A stretch of DNA of 64,000 bases, taken from positions 87,185 to 151,184 of the forward strand of contig CBFFRP010000276.1 in the NCBI GenBank assembly GCA_965644295.1. Direction: 5' to 3'. The notes under the pieces were generated by a model. That model was not told the DNA's origin, did no database searches, and saw only the letters and a list, made by a program, of their open reading frames with translations. Below, in pieces: positions 37,676 to 52,800 of the stretch; positions within the stretch are counted from its first letter, which is position 1; each line of letters begins with the position of its first letter. Source of the stretch: Paraphysomonas bandaiensis (Eukaryota > Protista > Chrysophyceae). A program made the translations under genes and the position numbers.

Positions 37676-37853
37676 TAGCCAGGAAGTACAGTTGATATGT
37701 TCCTTAAGTATATTAGTTATAAGGTAATGAACATGTTGTCGCTTACTATTTTGCTACCGTGCCTACTATTTATTTTTTCATTTCTTAATTTAATATTTCT
37801 TAGAGAGATACGCAGGCACATAACAAGCATTGATATGGTTCTATAATTGTTAG

Positions 37854-39040
37854 CAGGCTTGCGTAACAATTAATTGGTGACAGGTGTCCAACAATAATAA
37901 TTCCAATTATTAATCAAGCGTCCTATTATTGGCAATGCAATTTATTGCCAATTAATTGCCTTTCATTCTATTGATAGATTTTAGAATAAATTTCTGAACT
38001 ATAATCTCATCCCAAAGAAACATCAACATTTTAACGCAGAAAATTCAACATTTCAAGGTGTCTAGGTGTCATTCGCTTGCGAAAATCTAGTCATGACAAT
38101 CTTAGCTGCTAAACAACCTCTCACAAACATTGGTAGTGCTATACGAATAATTCATGCAATGATATCGAGTTGGAAGTTTGATGTGTGCTTTTTGGCGCTT
38201 TTGGTTGTCTTAAAGTATACGAATGGCCTCGTTTTCCTCCTCCTCATCTTTCTCTTCATAATCAAGTTCACCTTCGTGTGCAGGTACATCATTTATCAAA
38301 AAGCGTCACACCTATGCTTTTCAGCGCGGTTCAGTTCTTCGTCCCCACCGCGCTGAGCTTTGACTACTGCTCTCTCGAAATCTGGATTTCCGCGTCTGCA
38401 CTCACCAGGTGAAATTTCATCCCAGGGTACTGACGAAGTAATTCATCAAATTTGTTCATTCGATGCCGTCCTGTTAAATAAATAAGAATGATAGGTATGG
38501 CTATCCAATGCTTCTAGTCCATTATTCTTGTACACACACAACGGATCCTCTGTATTAAGGTATTCTTGCACACACACATACTTCTCTTCCTCTGATAGTT
38601 GTACCTAGCGGATACACTTATATTACGTCATTTACATTACTATACTTGAATATTTTTCGAAGCAGTTGAATATGCTATCACATTATATATGCTATGTATC
38701 TAGACGATCGTTATGGACGTGCTAAGTTTGTTCTTTGTCAACGATCTTTGACATGATATATTACTCTTACATGCTGAGGTTAAAGTGTATACTAACCCTA
38801 ATTACGACTAATAAAATGATAACGTGACTGTGCACATACATCCATACTACTATGCCAACATATAATGGGTGTGTACCTAACATCACTAGCTAGATATCGT
38901 AAGATGCTATATATAATTTAGCCAGCCAATTAATTGGCAAGATTTACCAATAATAATTATTGAAATTATCACTTTTAAAACCAATTAATTGGCAATTATT
39001 GCCAATAAGTTGAAAACCAATTAATTGTTACGAAAGCCTG
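37854..39040 (-). mobile_element. Non-autonomous hAT-like DNA transposon (1187 bp)
   Basis: TIRs CAGGCTT(G/T)CGTAACAATTAATTGG; 8-bp TSD ATTGTTAG/ATTGTTGG; decayed transposase-like segment at 38100-38470. Confidence 0.85.
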
Positions 39041-40158
39041 ATTGTTGGATGCAATAAAATGTATTGCATGAAAGAGTAGTCACCGCTGTGTTGATTCAGT
39101 TAGTGAATAGTAATAGCCTTCATACTATATTCTATATTCTTAATCCAACTTGGTCTCTTCACGACTAAACCAACTAAGTACCGCTGCTTGAAGCATATTT
39201 ACTCTACTACTAACTACTAGTTGTGTAGATAGGCGTTTCAGCAGAGAAAAAATCAACGAGAGTGATCTGCGCAAAGCGCAAATCCATGGCACCTCATCGC
39301 TTGGAGGCACTTATGCGCTTTAATAGACATCTGTGGAATGCAAGCACAGTTAATAAGACAATAATTGGCAATTAGTGCTATAGGAAGCAAGAAGTAGCAA
39401 GAAGTTCAACCCAGAATTCTATATATTATAACCGAAAATGTATATATTTTCATGAAAATATTTAAGACTTATTCAGCTAACATATTTGGTATACAGTATA
39501 TAGGGTAGAGTTGATAGTTTTAACCATTACCACTGAAAGGAACACGGATACGTATACATCTAGTAGAATATATATGTTAAAAAAACACGGGTGTAGACTC
39601 TCACAATATATAACACCACAATTTGTTTGCAAGTTCAGTAGTTTATCAGTTATTTCAAGTACGATTTGAAAAGTCCATACGGATTTACCTGCAGAGAATG
39701 GCAATCAGAAAAATGGCCACTACACTGAATTAGACTTGGACAACACGCATACACACTTATAGACATATGGTACCTCCAAACACTATCGATGCATGACAAT
39801 TGCCATGACACCTGGCTGGACTGTATTGAAGGTGGGGAGAGGGTTGATGATATGTCGTAATATGAAGAGAGTGAGTATTAGTAACATGCATAAATGATAT
39901 AACACAAGTTAAAAATATGTCAGCTAAAATACTCATTAAGAACATCTTGTAGCACGTAGATAAGGAGGTTCATACTAAGATTAGACTAGACTCAGTATGT
40001 TGTATATGTCATCATACGTCTGTAATTTATAATATAGAGAGTATCCTATCAAATGACAGAGTTTACTAGACATTAATAGATACATTAATAATGTATATTC
40101 ATCATCTTATGTAAGAGATATTACTGACTACTATACTACTAGATCTCTATGAGTATCC

Positions 40159-40283
40159 GTATCGGCATCCTTCAAAGATGCCTCATATATTGAGATAACA
40201 ATTATCTGTATTATAACCGTAGTTTTACTTCAGTAATATAGACGATTTTTGCATCAATTAATTCCCGAAAAATAAGATGCTGA
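40159..40283 (+). repeat. ~135-bp upstream-region repeat, copy 4 (internal deletion)
   Basis: Aligns to copies 1-3; lacks the TGTATATTTTTGTT loop segment. Confidence 0.8.
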
Positions 40284-40828
40284 CTGCCGATACGTCCCAT
40301 ATAGGGAGAGTATACATGTATATCCATATCTACAGTGTATCATATCCTTGAATTTACCACAGGAAGCAGACTGACGTATGGGACTGGATTCCCCATACAG
40401 TATCTGCTTCGTTTAACCATCGTAGATATAATCGTACTTAGATTCATCTTTGCCCTTGTACATAAAGGCCCTTTTTTTAGAAGCAACTATACTAAAAAAG
40501 TCCTTTTTTTATATAGAATTTGAATATTTAGGTATATATCTATACAAGATTTTATATAATCTGCTGCTGGTACTACAACGTACGCATTTCATTGTGTTGT
40601 ACGTACTGATCCGTATCAAGCTTTAATATCCACTCTTTTTTATATGTAACTGAATATTGGCATGTTATTCAACGGACTTGATAGGGAGATATGCATATAT
40701 ATATACAAGCCTAGAATCAAGTTGCCATTGTTGCTAATATAAATGCCATATCATATTGATTATATATAGATGAAGTGTTAAATTGAATATCTATATATAT
40801 GATAAAGATTATAGTGTAAGTTGAAGTA

Positions 40829-43800
40829 ATGGTATTTAGTATGTTTCTCTTGACAGCGTTTGCTGTCTCATGTGTTTTAACCTCATGTGATGTTTTGTCG
40901 GATTCCTCTACTCTATATCCCACAGCCTATCCTACCTTAGGTAATGATATATCGTCGACAGAATATTACCCAGCCTCTGCTCAATATTCCATGTCTCTTC
41001 CTTCTTTTGGATCAATGCACTATGGCTTCTCTCATGAGATGTCTATGCCACAACAGGAATCTATGCAGTATGACTTCTCAATTGAATATTCATTTGAAGG
41101 ATCTCTAGGCTTTGGGGACTCTTTTGACTTTTCTTATTCTATTCATTTTCCACCTGAACATGGTGAGTCATTTCCTCCTACTGTATCTCCAACAGCAAAT
41201 CCCACGCTTAGTCCCACTGCTAACCCGTCAGCTGAACCTTTCACAGTACCAACTGAGCACCCAACCTTCTTCCCAACTGCATATCCTACACTCAACCCCA
41301 CATCATATCCAACTCTGTCTCCGACTGTTGATCCTACCTCCATGCCAACTGAACACCCAACCAACTTTCCAACTGCATTTCCTACACTGAGTCCGACATC
41401 TCTACCAACACAAGACGGTGAGACGAATCCTCCTACTGTATCACCAACCACTGATCCAACCACCGAACCAACAGCATATCCTACCAACTCCCCAACTGTG
41501 TCTCCTACACTCAGTCCCACTTTTTATCCAACTGCTTCACCAACCAGCTATCCAACAGCGTACCCTACAGCCACACTCTCCTCAATTCCCACAGGGTTTT
41601 CTATGACAGATGATGCTTCTATGGACTATGGTTTCTCTCACGAGATGTCTACGCCACATGAGGAATCTATGGGGTACGGATTTTCTTTTCAGGACTCTCA
41701 CGAGTTTTCTACGCCACACTTCAGTTTCTCTACTGACGATGATTTTTCTATTCCTGCACATTTTCCGATTGCATATCCCACTGTTTCACCTGAGCACTCA
41801 ACATTCTCTCCAACAGCGTATCCTATACTCAGTCCCACATCTTATCCAACTGTGTCTCCTACAGTAGATCCTACCGCTGATCCTACACTCAGTCCCACAT
41901 CTTATCCAACAGCGTATCCTACAATCAATCCTACATCTTTTCCGACGGTATCTCCTACATTAGATCCTACCTCTGAGCCAACTGAGAACCCAACCTTTTT
42001 CCCAACTGCATATCCTACACTAAGTCCGACATCTCTACCAACACAAGACGGTGAGACTAATCCTCCTACTGTATCTCCTACTGCAGATCCTACTGCGAAT
42101 CCAACTCAGTACCCAACAAACTATCCAACGGCATATCCTACACTCAGTCCCACATCATATCCAACTGTACCTCCTACTTCGGATCCAACTGTATCTCCAA
42201 CTCAGTATCCAACAAGCTATCCAACATCGTATCCTACAGTCACTCCCACATCTTATCCAACTCAGTATCCAACCAGTTCTCCGACAGCGTACCCTACGCA
42301 CAGTCCCACATCATATCCAACTGTTTCACCTACCACTGACCCATCCGCGGATCCAACTCCCTGTCCTACCAACTTCCCAACAGCGTATCCTACATTGAGT
42401 CCCTCATCATATCCAACTGTATCACCTACCGCTAATCCTACCGTCGATCCAACTCAGAATCCAACCACTTATCCGACAGCGTATCCTACACTCACTCCTA
42501 CATCTTATCCAACTTTGTCTCCGACTGTTGAACCCACCTCCATGCCAACTGAACACCCAACCAACTTCCCAACTGCATTTCCCACACTGAGTCCTACATC
42601 TCTACCAACACAAGACGGTGAGACGAATCCTCCTACTGTATCACCAACCACTGATCCAACCACCGAACCAACAGCATATCCTACCAACTCCCCAACTGTG
42701 TCTCCTACACTCAGTCCCACTTTTTATCCAACTGCTTCACCAACCAGCTATCCAACAGCGTACCCTACAGCCACACTCTCCTCAATTCCCACAGGGTTTT
42801 CTATGACAGATGATGCTTCTATGGACTATGGTTTCTCTCACGAGATGTCTACGCCACATGAGGAATCTATGGGGTACGGATTTTCTTTTCAGGACTCTCA
42901 CGAGTTTTCTACGCCACACTTCAGTTTCTCTACTGACGATGATTTTTCTATTCCTGCACATTTTCCGATTGCATATCCCACTGTTTCACCTGAGCACTCA
43001 ACATTCTCTCCAACAGCGTATCCTATACTCAGTCCCACATCTTATCCAACTGTGTCTCCTACAGTAGATCCTACCGCTGATCCTACACTCAGTCCCACAT
43101 CTTATCCAACAGCGTATCCTACAATCAATCCTACATCTTTTCCGACGGTATCTCCTACATTAGATCCTACCTCTGAGCCAACTGAGAACCCAACCTTTTT
43201 CCCAACTGCATATCCTACACTAAGTCCGACATCTCTACCAACACAAGACGGTGAGACTAATCCTCCTACTGTATCTCCTACTGCAGATCCTACTGCGAAT
43301 CCAACTCAGTACCCAACAAACTATCCAACGGCATATCCTACACTCAGTCCCACATCATATCCAACTGTACCTCCTACTTCGGATCCAACTGTATCTCCAA
43401 CACAGTATCCAACAAGCTATCCAACATCGTATCCTACAGTCACTCCCACATCTTATCCAACTCAGTATCCAACCAGTTCTCCGACAGCGTACCCTACGCA
43501 CAGTCCCACATCATATCCAACTGTTTCACCTACCACTGACCCAACCGCGGATCCAACTCCCTGTCCTACCAACTTCCCAACAGCGTATCCTACATTGAGT
43601 CCCACGTCATTTCCAACGGTTTCACCTACCGCTAATCCTACCGTCGATCCAACTCAGAATCCAACCACTTATCCGACAGCGTATCCTACACTCACTCCCA
43701 CATCTTATCCAACAGCGTATCCTACTGCTAATCCTACCTTCATGCCAACTGAATTTCCAACCAACTTCCCAACTGCATATCCTACACTCAGTCCTACTTC

Positions 43801-46800
43801 TTATCCAACTGTATTTCCTACTGTATCTCCTACCGCAGATCCAACTCAGTATCCAACCAGCTTTCCAACTGCATATCCTACACTAAGTCCCACCGCTCGG
43901 CCCACGGTAAGTGGTGAGACTAATCCTCCTACTGTATCTCCTACCGCAGATCCTACTGCGAATCCAACTCAGTATCCAACAAGCTATCCAACAGCATATC
44001 CTACACTCAGTCCCACATCATATCCAACTGTACCTCCTACTTCGGATCCAACTGTATCTCCAACTCAGTATCCAACAAGCTATCCAACATCGTATCCTAC
44101 AGTCACTCCCACATCTTATCCAACTCAGTATCCAACCAGTTCTCCGACAGCGTACCCTACGCACAGTCCCACATCATATCCAACTGTTTCACCTACCACT
44201 GACCCAACCGCGGATCCAACTCCCTGTCCTACCAACTTCCCAACAGCGTATCCTACATTGAGTCCCACGTCATTTCCAACGGTTTCACCTACCGCTAATC
44301 CTACCGTCGATCCAACTCAGAATCCAACCACTTATCCGACAGCGTATCCTACACTCACTCCCACATCTTATCCAACAGCGTATCCTACTGCTAATCCTAC
44401 CTTCATGCCAACTGAATTTCCAACCAACTTCCCAACTGCATATCCTACACTCAGTCCTACTTCTTATCCAACTGTATTTCCTACTGTATCTCCTACCGCA
44501 GATCCAACTCAGTATCCAACCAGCTTTCCAACTGCATATCCTACACTGAGTCCCACCGCTCGGCCCACGGTAAGTGGTGAGACTAATCCTCCTACTGTAT
44601 CTCCTACCGCAGATCCTACTGCGAATCCAACTCAGTATCCAACAAGCTATCCAACAGCGTATCCTACACTCAGTCCCACATTTCATCCGACTGTAACTCC
44701 TACAGTAGATCCTACTTCCATGCCAACTGAGTCTCCAACGTTTTTCCCAACTTCATATCCTACTTCGAGTCCTACACCATGTCCAACTGTATCTCCTACC
44801 ACTGATCCTACCGTCGATCCAACTCAGTATCCAACTCAGTATCCAACTCTGTATCCAACACTCAGCCCTACATCTTCTCCAACTGCATCTCCAACTACTG
44901 ATCCAACTGTCGATCCTTCTCAGTATCCAACAAGTTTTCCTACGGCATACCCTACACTCAGTCCAACTTCTTATCCAACTGCATCTCCTACAGCGGATCC
45001 CACCTCAATGCCAACAGAGAACCCAACCTTTTTCCCAACTGCATATCCTACACTCAGTCCCACCGCCCGGCCCACATTAACCGGAGAGACTAATTATCCA
45101 ACTGTATCTCCAACCTTGTTTCCTACTGCATTCCCTACATTCAGTCCCACTTCTTATCCGACTGCATCTCCTACCACTGATCCAACTGCCTATCCAACTC
45201 AGTACCCAACCAGCTATCCAACAGCGTATCCTACTCTGACTCCCACATTGTATCCAACTGTATCTCCTACGGTAGACCCTACCTCCATGCCAACTGAATT
45301 TCCAACCAACTTCCCAACTGCATATCCTACACTCAGTCCTACTTCTTATCCAACTGTATTTCCTACTGTATCTCCTACCGCAGATCCAACTCAGTATCCA
45401 ACCAGTTTTCCAACTGCATATCCTACACTGAGTCCCACCGCTCGGCCCACATTAAGCGGAGAGACTAATTATCCTACTGCATCGCCAACCTTGTTTCCAA
45501 CTGCATTTCCTACATTCAGTCCCACTTCTTATCCGACTGCATCTCCTACCACTGATCCAACTGCCTCTCCAACTCAGTACCCAACCAGCTATCCAACAGC
45601 GTATCCTACTCTGACTCCCACATTGTATCCAACTGTATCTCCTACCACTGATCCTACCGCAGATCCAACTCAGTACCCAACTAACTTCCCAACTGCATAT
45701 CCTACACTGAGTCCCACTGCTCGGCCCACAGTAAGTGGTGAGACTAATCCTCCTACTGTATCTCCTACCGCAGATCCTACTGCGGATCCAACTCAGTATC
45801 CAACAAGCTATCCAACAGCGTATCCTACACTCAGTCCCACATTTCATCCGACTGAATCTCCAACTGCCAATCCTACTCAGTTTCCAACTGTCTTGCCGAC
45901 ATCGTCTCCAACTGTCGCTCCTACCGATTTCCCCACAGTGAATCCTACTCTCTTTCCTACTGCTTTCCCGACGCAGTTGCCAACTGTTTCTCCGACACGT
46001 ACCCCGACTAATTTACCTACATGGTCTCCAACGAGAGTACCAACCCTTTTCCCCACTAGAGTCCCTACTGTAACACCTACAGTGTCGCCAACTATTTCCC
46101 AGAAACCTACATCCAGCCCCACATTTTCACCGACGAAAGCTCCCAATTTTGTGAGTTTTCCGCCGACTCGTTCTCCAACTTTCAAACCCACAAGGTTTCC
46201 AACATTTTCTCCAACGAAGATGCCGACCTCATCGCCAACATCTGCACCGTCATTTTCCAAAGGAACTGTTATTGAGAACAATGTCGTCGACTTTCTAAGT
46301 GACTATGTGCTGGAAGATGCGAAGCGTAGTGTGTTTTCTGATTTTTATTCAACAGGGGTTAAAGTTAGTGGTGGATGTGACGAGTGGGTTAGCTATGTAG
46401 ATGATGATATCAAAACATCACTAGTAGTGTATAAACCTGTGAAGCTAACCTTTGCAGCCACCGTTGAAGTCGAGGAGAATATAAGGAACACGACAGTTGT
46501 ATGCGAAGAAGGCATTGCGGATGACATAGTAAGTGCATTAACTAGTACAGTTGTTCCAGCAAATGACACAATGACGTCTTATTTTTGTAACAACACCTAT
46601 TGGAACGTTGGGTCATGTACCTCAGGAAATCCGGCCATATGTATTAATTGTACTGATCCATGCTCAGATACGGAAGCATTATACTCAGCAAGTTGCGCAG
46701 AGAGGCCTTCTTACGATTACGTCCGAGTACTACTTATTGATTTCGCCGAAAGGGATTTGCCAGCCACTGTCACGGATTTATTTATAACGTCCCCTTCGCA

Positions 46801-49800
46801 GACTTCGCTTCGTGTGCATTTGACATTCAGTGACGTTAAAGGAGCTGTTGTTTGTGCCGCTTACGTTGAGGTGTTAAATTTTTTACCAAGTGCAGTTGGA
46901 ATCCTTGCAATCCAAAATGACTTGCTCGATTTGACGAACACCTATATGGAGTTCGACATTCCCAATTTGAATGCTGGTACGTCCTATGATGTCTACTGTG
47001 GTACATACTCTCCACTAGAATTGCCGATGGAAGCAAAAAAGATGCAAGAGCTGACTGGGGTGAATACTACCCGTTGCTGTAGACCGCTCACGGTGTCTTT
47101 ACTGGTGACATCTTTTACTAACGTCGACGATGTGTCGAGTGCCCTGAGTATTGACACTGGGGAATATCCCCCAGTGGGTCTTACTGTGGTCCTAAATGTA
47201 TCGTATATGAATGACACTCTTACAACTCCTCTTATTGTTCACCCATTCAGCCCCAAAAGTTTGTCGTTCTCGAGTAGCACTGCACCATCACGAGTTATCG
47301 GATATACCCACAGTGACCCTGGTAGATACATTATAAACATTACTCTGTCTGGGGTATCCGCCAATAATTTTGTCATCGATTACCCAATCGGGAATTCGTT
47401 TGAAGTTATTGACTCTAATGCCGAGCCACCCACACCAAAAATCAAGGAGGCTGTTTTTGGAAACCAAGGCACCAAAGTTGTTGTTACGTTTGATTCTCCA
47501 ACTGACCAAGCTGGATTTCCCAATTCATTTCCTTGCGTGCATCTCTTCCAAGCTGCGGGCATCGTGTCCACATCTTTCTGCGTTTGGACAAGTCCTGTTA
47601 TTGCTGAGGTGTACGTTAAAGGTGATTCTGCATTGAAGGTTGGTGAAAACATTACCGTAAAGTCTGGTGTATTGAGAGCGGCGTGTACTACTGACTCCTG
47701 TGAAAACTGGGCTTACTCGACTTCCCATTCGATGGAAGTTGCCGCACCCTTGCAGCCCATTATTCCGATAGTAGCTGTCACTGGACCTAGTATTATTGGC
47801 CCCTGTGATGATTTGCCTTTGGATCTATCTGGCTCCGTGGGGGCAGGTGGACGATCATGGGCGTCTGTTTCATTTTTAGTGTCATCAACGCCCTCTGATG
47901 CCAACATATCGGCGATTTTGTCTTACTTAACAAATGTTACAGATTTTACTCAGCCAATTAATGTTCCCCACGATATTCTTCTGCCAAATTATGCGTTTAA
48001 TATCAAAGTTCGCATGTGCAATTTCTTAGGCACTTGTGGACGCGACGCCTTGCCATTCGTGGTATCTGAATCCGACTTTATTCCCGTTGCTGTGATGAAT
48101 TCAGATAAGCTAATGAGTGCGCGTCGCAGTAACAAATTGATTTTATCAGGGGATGCATACACCTCTACCTGTGGTGGGAGTAAGAATATTAGGAATTTGA
48201 CGTTTACGTGGCAGATATATGAAGGTAATAAACTTTTGTCAGACAGTGCATACAAGTCTATATCGGTTAACGACAAGGTATTTGTTCTCCCGAAGTATAC
48301 ATTATCAGTGGGCGCGCTGTATACTGTTACCCTCACAGTACAGCATGAAATATCGAAGAAGTATGCCTCTGTATCTACTCAAATTGTGGTTGAACAAGGT
48401 GATATTGTTGCTAAAATAAGTGGTGGAAATGAAATAGGTTTGAGAATATCAGAATCTACGACGATAGATGCGTCATCCAGCTACGATGAAGATTATACAG
48501 GCATCAGTGGAACAGCAGCTGGCTTGAGTTTCATATTTTTATGCCGACAAATTTCACCGTCGTTTAAGGATGACTGCGGACTGGATTTGACTCAAACAGA
48601 TGGAGTTCTTAGGGTCTCTGTTCCTCATAGCAATGACGAATTTTTGAATACGAAGCATGAAATTGTTGTGTATTGTGTGCACACCACAGATTTGAGGTCG
48701 GCCTCTGTTACTGTAAAGCTGACAATTATACCTTCTCTCGCGGCCCTTGTCGCTGTGTCCACTAACGATGGCTCTCGTATCAACCCTGATAAAAAGCTCA
48801 CGTTAGCTGGGGAATTGGAATACCAAAGTGCTGGTACTGCTACATGGACTGTGAATGACCCATATGTTGACTTGAGCGTGGCTTCGCCTGTGTCGAAAAC
48901 CTTTGCAACGCCTGGAGGGTCTGTTCGTACTGTTATGAGTATGGTAATTCTTCCAAACACACTGGCCGAACAATCCACATACACTTTCACGCTGACTGTG
49001 GCCATTGATGGTGGGCATACGACGTCATCATCAGTTACTGTTTCTACAAATTCTCCCCCTACTCCTGGTGTATTCGCCGTGAATCCGAAAACTGGGGAAG
49101 AGTACAATACGGAATTCTCTTTCACGACTTCTCAGTGGGAAGATACTGATGTGCCGATTACGTATGAGTTTTCTTACTCTTCAGGCGGCGAGTTTGCCGT
49201 GTTCCAATCTCGACGCCAAGTATCTCACTCTAGCTCGAAGCTTCCTGCCGGTCCGGACAATCAGGACTTTCAGTTTTATACTCGCGTCCAAGTCTTTGAT
49301 GTACTGGACGGTACGTCCTCTTCATTTGCTATCGTGAGGGTAACTGAGGCAGATATATCGACTGATAATTTAGCCGACGATCTATCTGGTAGTTTCGGTG
49401 GTGATACATCTGATATCAAAGAAAGTACAGCCATTATTAGTGACATCGTTAATGCTGTTGAGTGCACCAATGCTCCTAACTGCAGCACACTGAACAGAAA
49501 CAGTTGTTCGAGAGTGAAAGATACATGTGGCAAATGTTTCGGCGGGTACAACGGTCAAAATGGTCATAAGAATTCCCGGTGCTTTCCACCATCGTCCGCC
49601 TCTACTGTCCTGGCAAGTTCTCGCAGCGTCTACAGCACGTCGTGCCACTCAGATGCAGATTGTGACACGACTTCTTTTGAAGTTTGCTCTGGAGGTGTCT
49701 GTCTTGTCGAACAGGTTTCCTGTACCAATGATTGTTCTGGCAGAGGAAAGTGCAGTTTAATATCCGTTTATGATCCGTCAGTCGTTCGTTCGTCTTGCAC

Positions 49801-52800
49801 GGTACTTGATACTGATTGTAAGGCAGTTTGTGCTTGTAACTCTGGATATGGTGGGTCGTACTGTCAACACACAACGAGCGAGCTAGATGACCTCAAACAT
49901 ATTCGCCATTTATTAATTCAAGGTTTTCAAACTTTGATGGCGTCGGAGAATCCGTCGAGAGATACCGTTGTTGCGTGGGTGACGGGACTGGCTGGTGTTT
50001 CTATTGAACCGGAGGGCTTATCAGATGAATCAAAAGAGTTGTTAGTTTCTTTAGCTGAGGACATTATTGAAATGGCGGAAGACATTGGTTTAGTCTATGA
50101 AGACCTTGAAGGGATGGATGTCATTTTGGAGTTGGCCTTTTCTGCATACGATGGTACTCGAAGACGTCTATCGACTTCTGACAACATCCTTCAGTTGGTA
50201 GAAGCATTCACGCAGTTTGTTTTCAATGATATGGCTGTTGGTCAGCTCCCGATCGAGGTCGTTACGAGCTTGTACCGTTTTGGCGTTACATCTCTCGATG
50301 GTTTGGGGACTGCTGTTGTCACGGTTCCCTTATCGGATGTCGAGTCAGCTGCCAATATGCATGCACAGCAGATTGCGTTGCCTCAAAATTACGACAGCAC
50401 TGCTTATAAGGTGGTTTTGACTGAAATATTGCCATTAATATTGGATTCTTCCGTTGATCCACTTTACCAGTCCGTCCCACTTTCCGTTCAAGTAGAGAAC
50501 TCCATATGCAACAGTACTGGTGGAGATATTTCACAGTGTAACTTTACTATCACTCTTGAGAACTTTGATTTTGGGAATTCAGTTGTTTTCGAAGCTTTCG
50601 CTTACGAGACCGAATGTTTCATGGGTATTGAATCGAATCATACATATTCTTGCCCAAGTGGAGTAAACACTACGGCCTACTGTAATGGTACCGTTGATGG
50701 CTTCATTATTAGTAACTGCTCAGTTCATGTTCCAACGTCAGTATGTGAGTCGATCGGATCATACATTGGAGAATGCGAAGTACTCGATTTCTCGGAAACT
50801 GATACGATTTGCACATGTTCACTTCCAGGATCTAATGAAGATTTTGAGATGTCATATGTTTCTTATGCGTCATCTACCCTCGAGCACTACGACTCGTACT
50901 TTGTCCCACGCGACGACAGTAGTTCCGATGATTCACGTGTGTGGATAGTGTTCATAATGGTATTTTCTCTCGCTGCCTTTCTGATGTATGCCGTATACGT
51001 AAAATGTGGTCGGGGAATGAAGAAGACGGCAATATCTCGTAGATTTTCAGATATCAGTGAAAGCAGCGGTATCGTGTTGTTGGAATCGTCGTTGTCCTAC
51101 ATTTACAGATCACAGCCTTTCTTGCTTCGATTTAAGGAGTTGCTCTGCGCGCACCATCAATGGTTCAGTGTTCTTTTTCACAAGTCGCATTCTTATCCGA
51201 CTGGACTTCAACTCTTTTCTTTATGGTGCAAAATCGTACTGGTGTTTTTCTTTGAGGCGATCATATATAACTTCGCTGACAAAAATGAAAGCCGTTGCCG
51301 AGACGATAATCTCACCAAAAGTGATTGCATGTCCAAGACATCTTTTCTTGCTCTGGGAGAGCCTCTGTGTGAATGGAATGTTAACAGTGAAGGTGATGGC
51401 GTTTGTAGATTTCGCGAACCTGACGATGATTCGATGCGTACACTTTTCGTAGCTGTCTTAGTTGGGATAATTATTGTGCCATTGTGGTACCCAGTTGACT
51501 ACACTATCCATAACGTTCTTGGTATAATAAAGACAGGCGACGCTCGTGTTGCTGTTACGGACGAAGAGTCCGCACATCAGGCATCCCCAAGCGGCGGGTA
51601 TCGTCCCACCGGCGGAAGTAGCAGACTGGCCGATTCTTCTGAGGACGACTTCAACGACCTAATTCAAGGGGCACGTCAGTACGCTTCGACACTTGAAGGC
51701 AAAGCTCAAACAGATTTCCGTGCTGCATGGTGTCTCTATGGTAATGATGATGAGAATGTCATTGTCAAAAATGAATTGCGTGAGACGAGACAGACATACG
51801 GCGAAGAAATTGACTTCATTGAGTCTTCGTCTGTGCCTGATGTTCAGAAGTCTCGCGCACTTCTTTACTTGTTTGTCGCTGACTTTTTGACTGGATCCTC
51901 GCATGCGGTGTTCAAAGCTGTGCACGAAAGGAAACGACATCGACCTGTTGAATCATCAATTAGTCAGAAACTTCTGGGTTGGAACTTTCTTGGGTTTGCC
52001 AACCTTGGACTGCTGGTGTATGTGATGATGTTTTGGTATCGACAATCCTACGAGCGACAGTTCGCTTTTTTTGTAAGTTTTATGATTTGGCTGATGTTGG
52101 ATGTGTTTGTCGTTACTATGCTGATGTTCATATGGTTCCACATCGCATTGCCTCTGTGGGCACATGCTGATGTTAAGCGAGCAGTTACAAAAGTGCAACG
52201 AGTGATCAAAAGTTCAGGAGGTACATCATCCGTATCTAGTTTTAATGCGGCCAAATATTTGTTTGCATCACATCGGTTGGCTCTTTTGGCGCCTACTTTG
52301 GAAGAAAGTGCAGCTATACTGAGATACTCCACGGTGTGGCCACGCCATTGTGCTCTTTCGGAGCGAGGTGGACAGGTCGTTCGTGAGAAGTGCACTTCTG
52401 GTTTAGTTAATAGCTTGGTTCTCAAGCTTACTGGTATGCATATTTTGTTACAAGATGTTCTTGTTGCACTGGTTCTTTCATTTCTGGTTGGTGGTCTGTC
52501 TCTCATTCATGTTGAGATTTACAGAATTCAACAAGGTTATGCAGCAATCCCAATTGCATTGATTTTCTTGTTGTTAATTATTTATTCGTACTGTTATCTG
52601 GCTATGAAACCTACAAGTATGGATACGACTCCAGTCATACCTGATGACTCCCCTCAGAATGAAGAGCGTCCTGTGCAGTCTTCCCAAACTGATGAAGATT
52701 CTGTGCAAGGGAAAACGTCGAAGAAAATTAAGAAAAAGAAATCGAGTTGCAGAGATATTGTGTTGGGGCCTCTTCGAGTGCCGCCGTCTCGAAGTAATGT

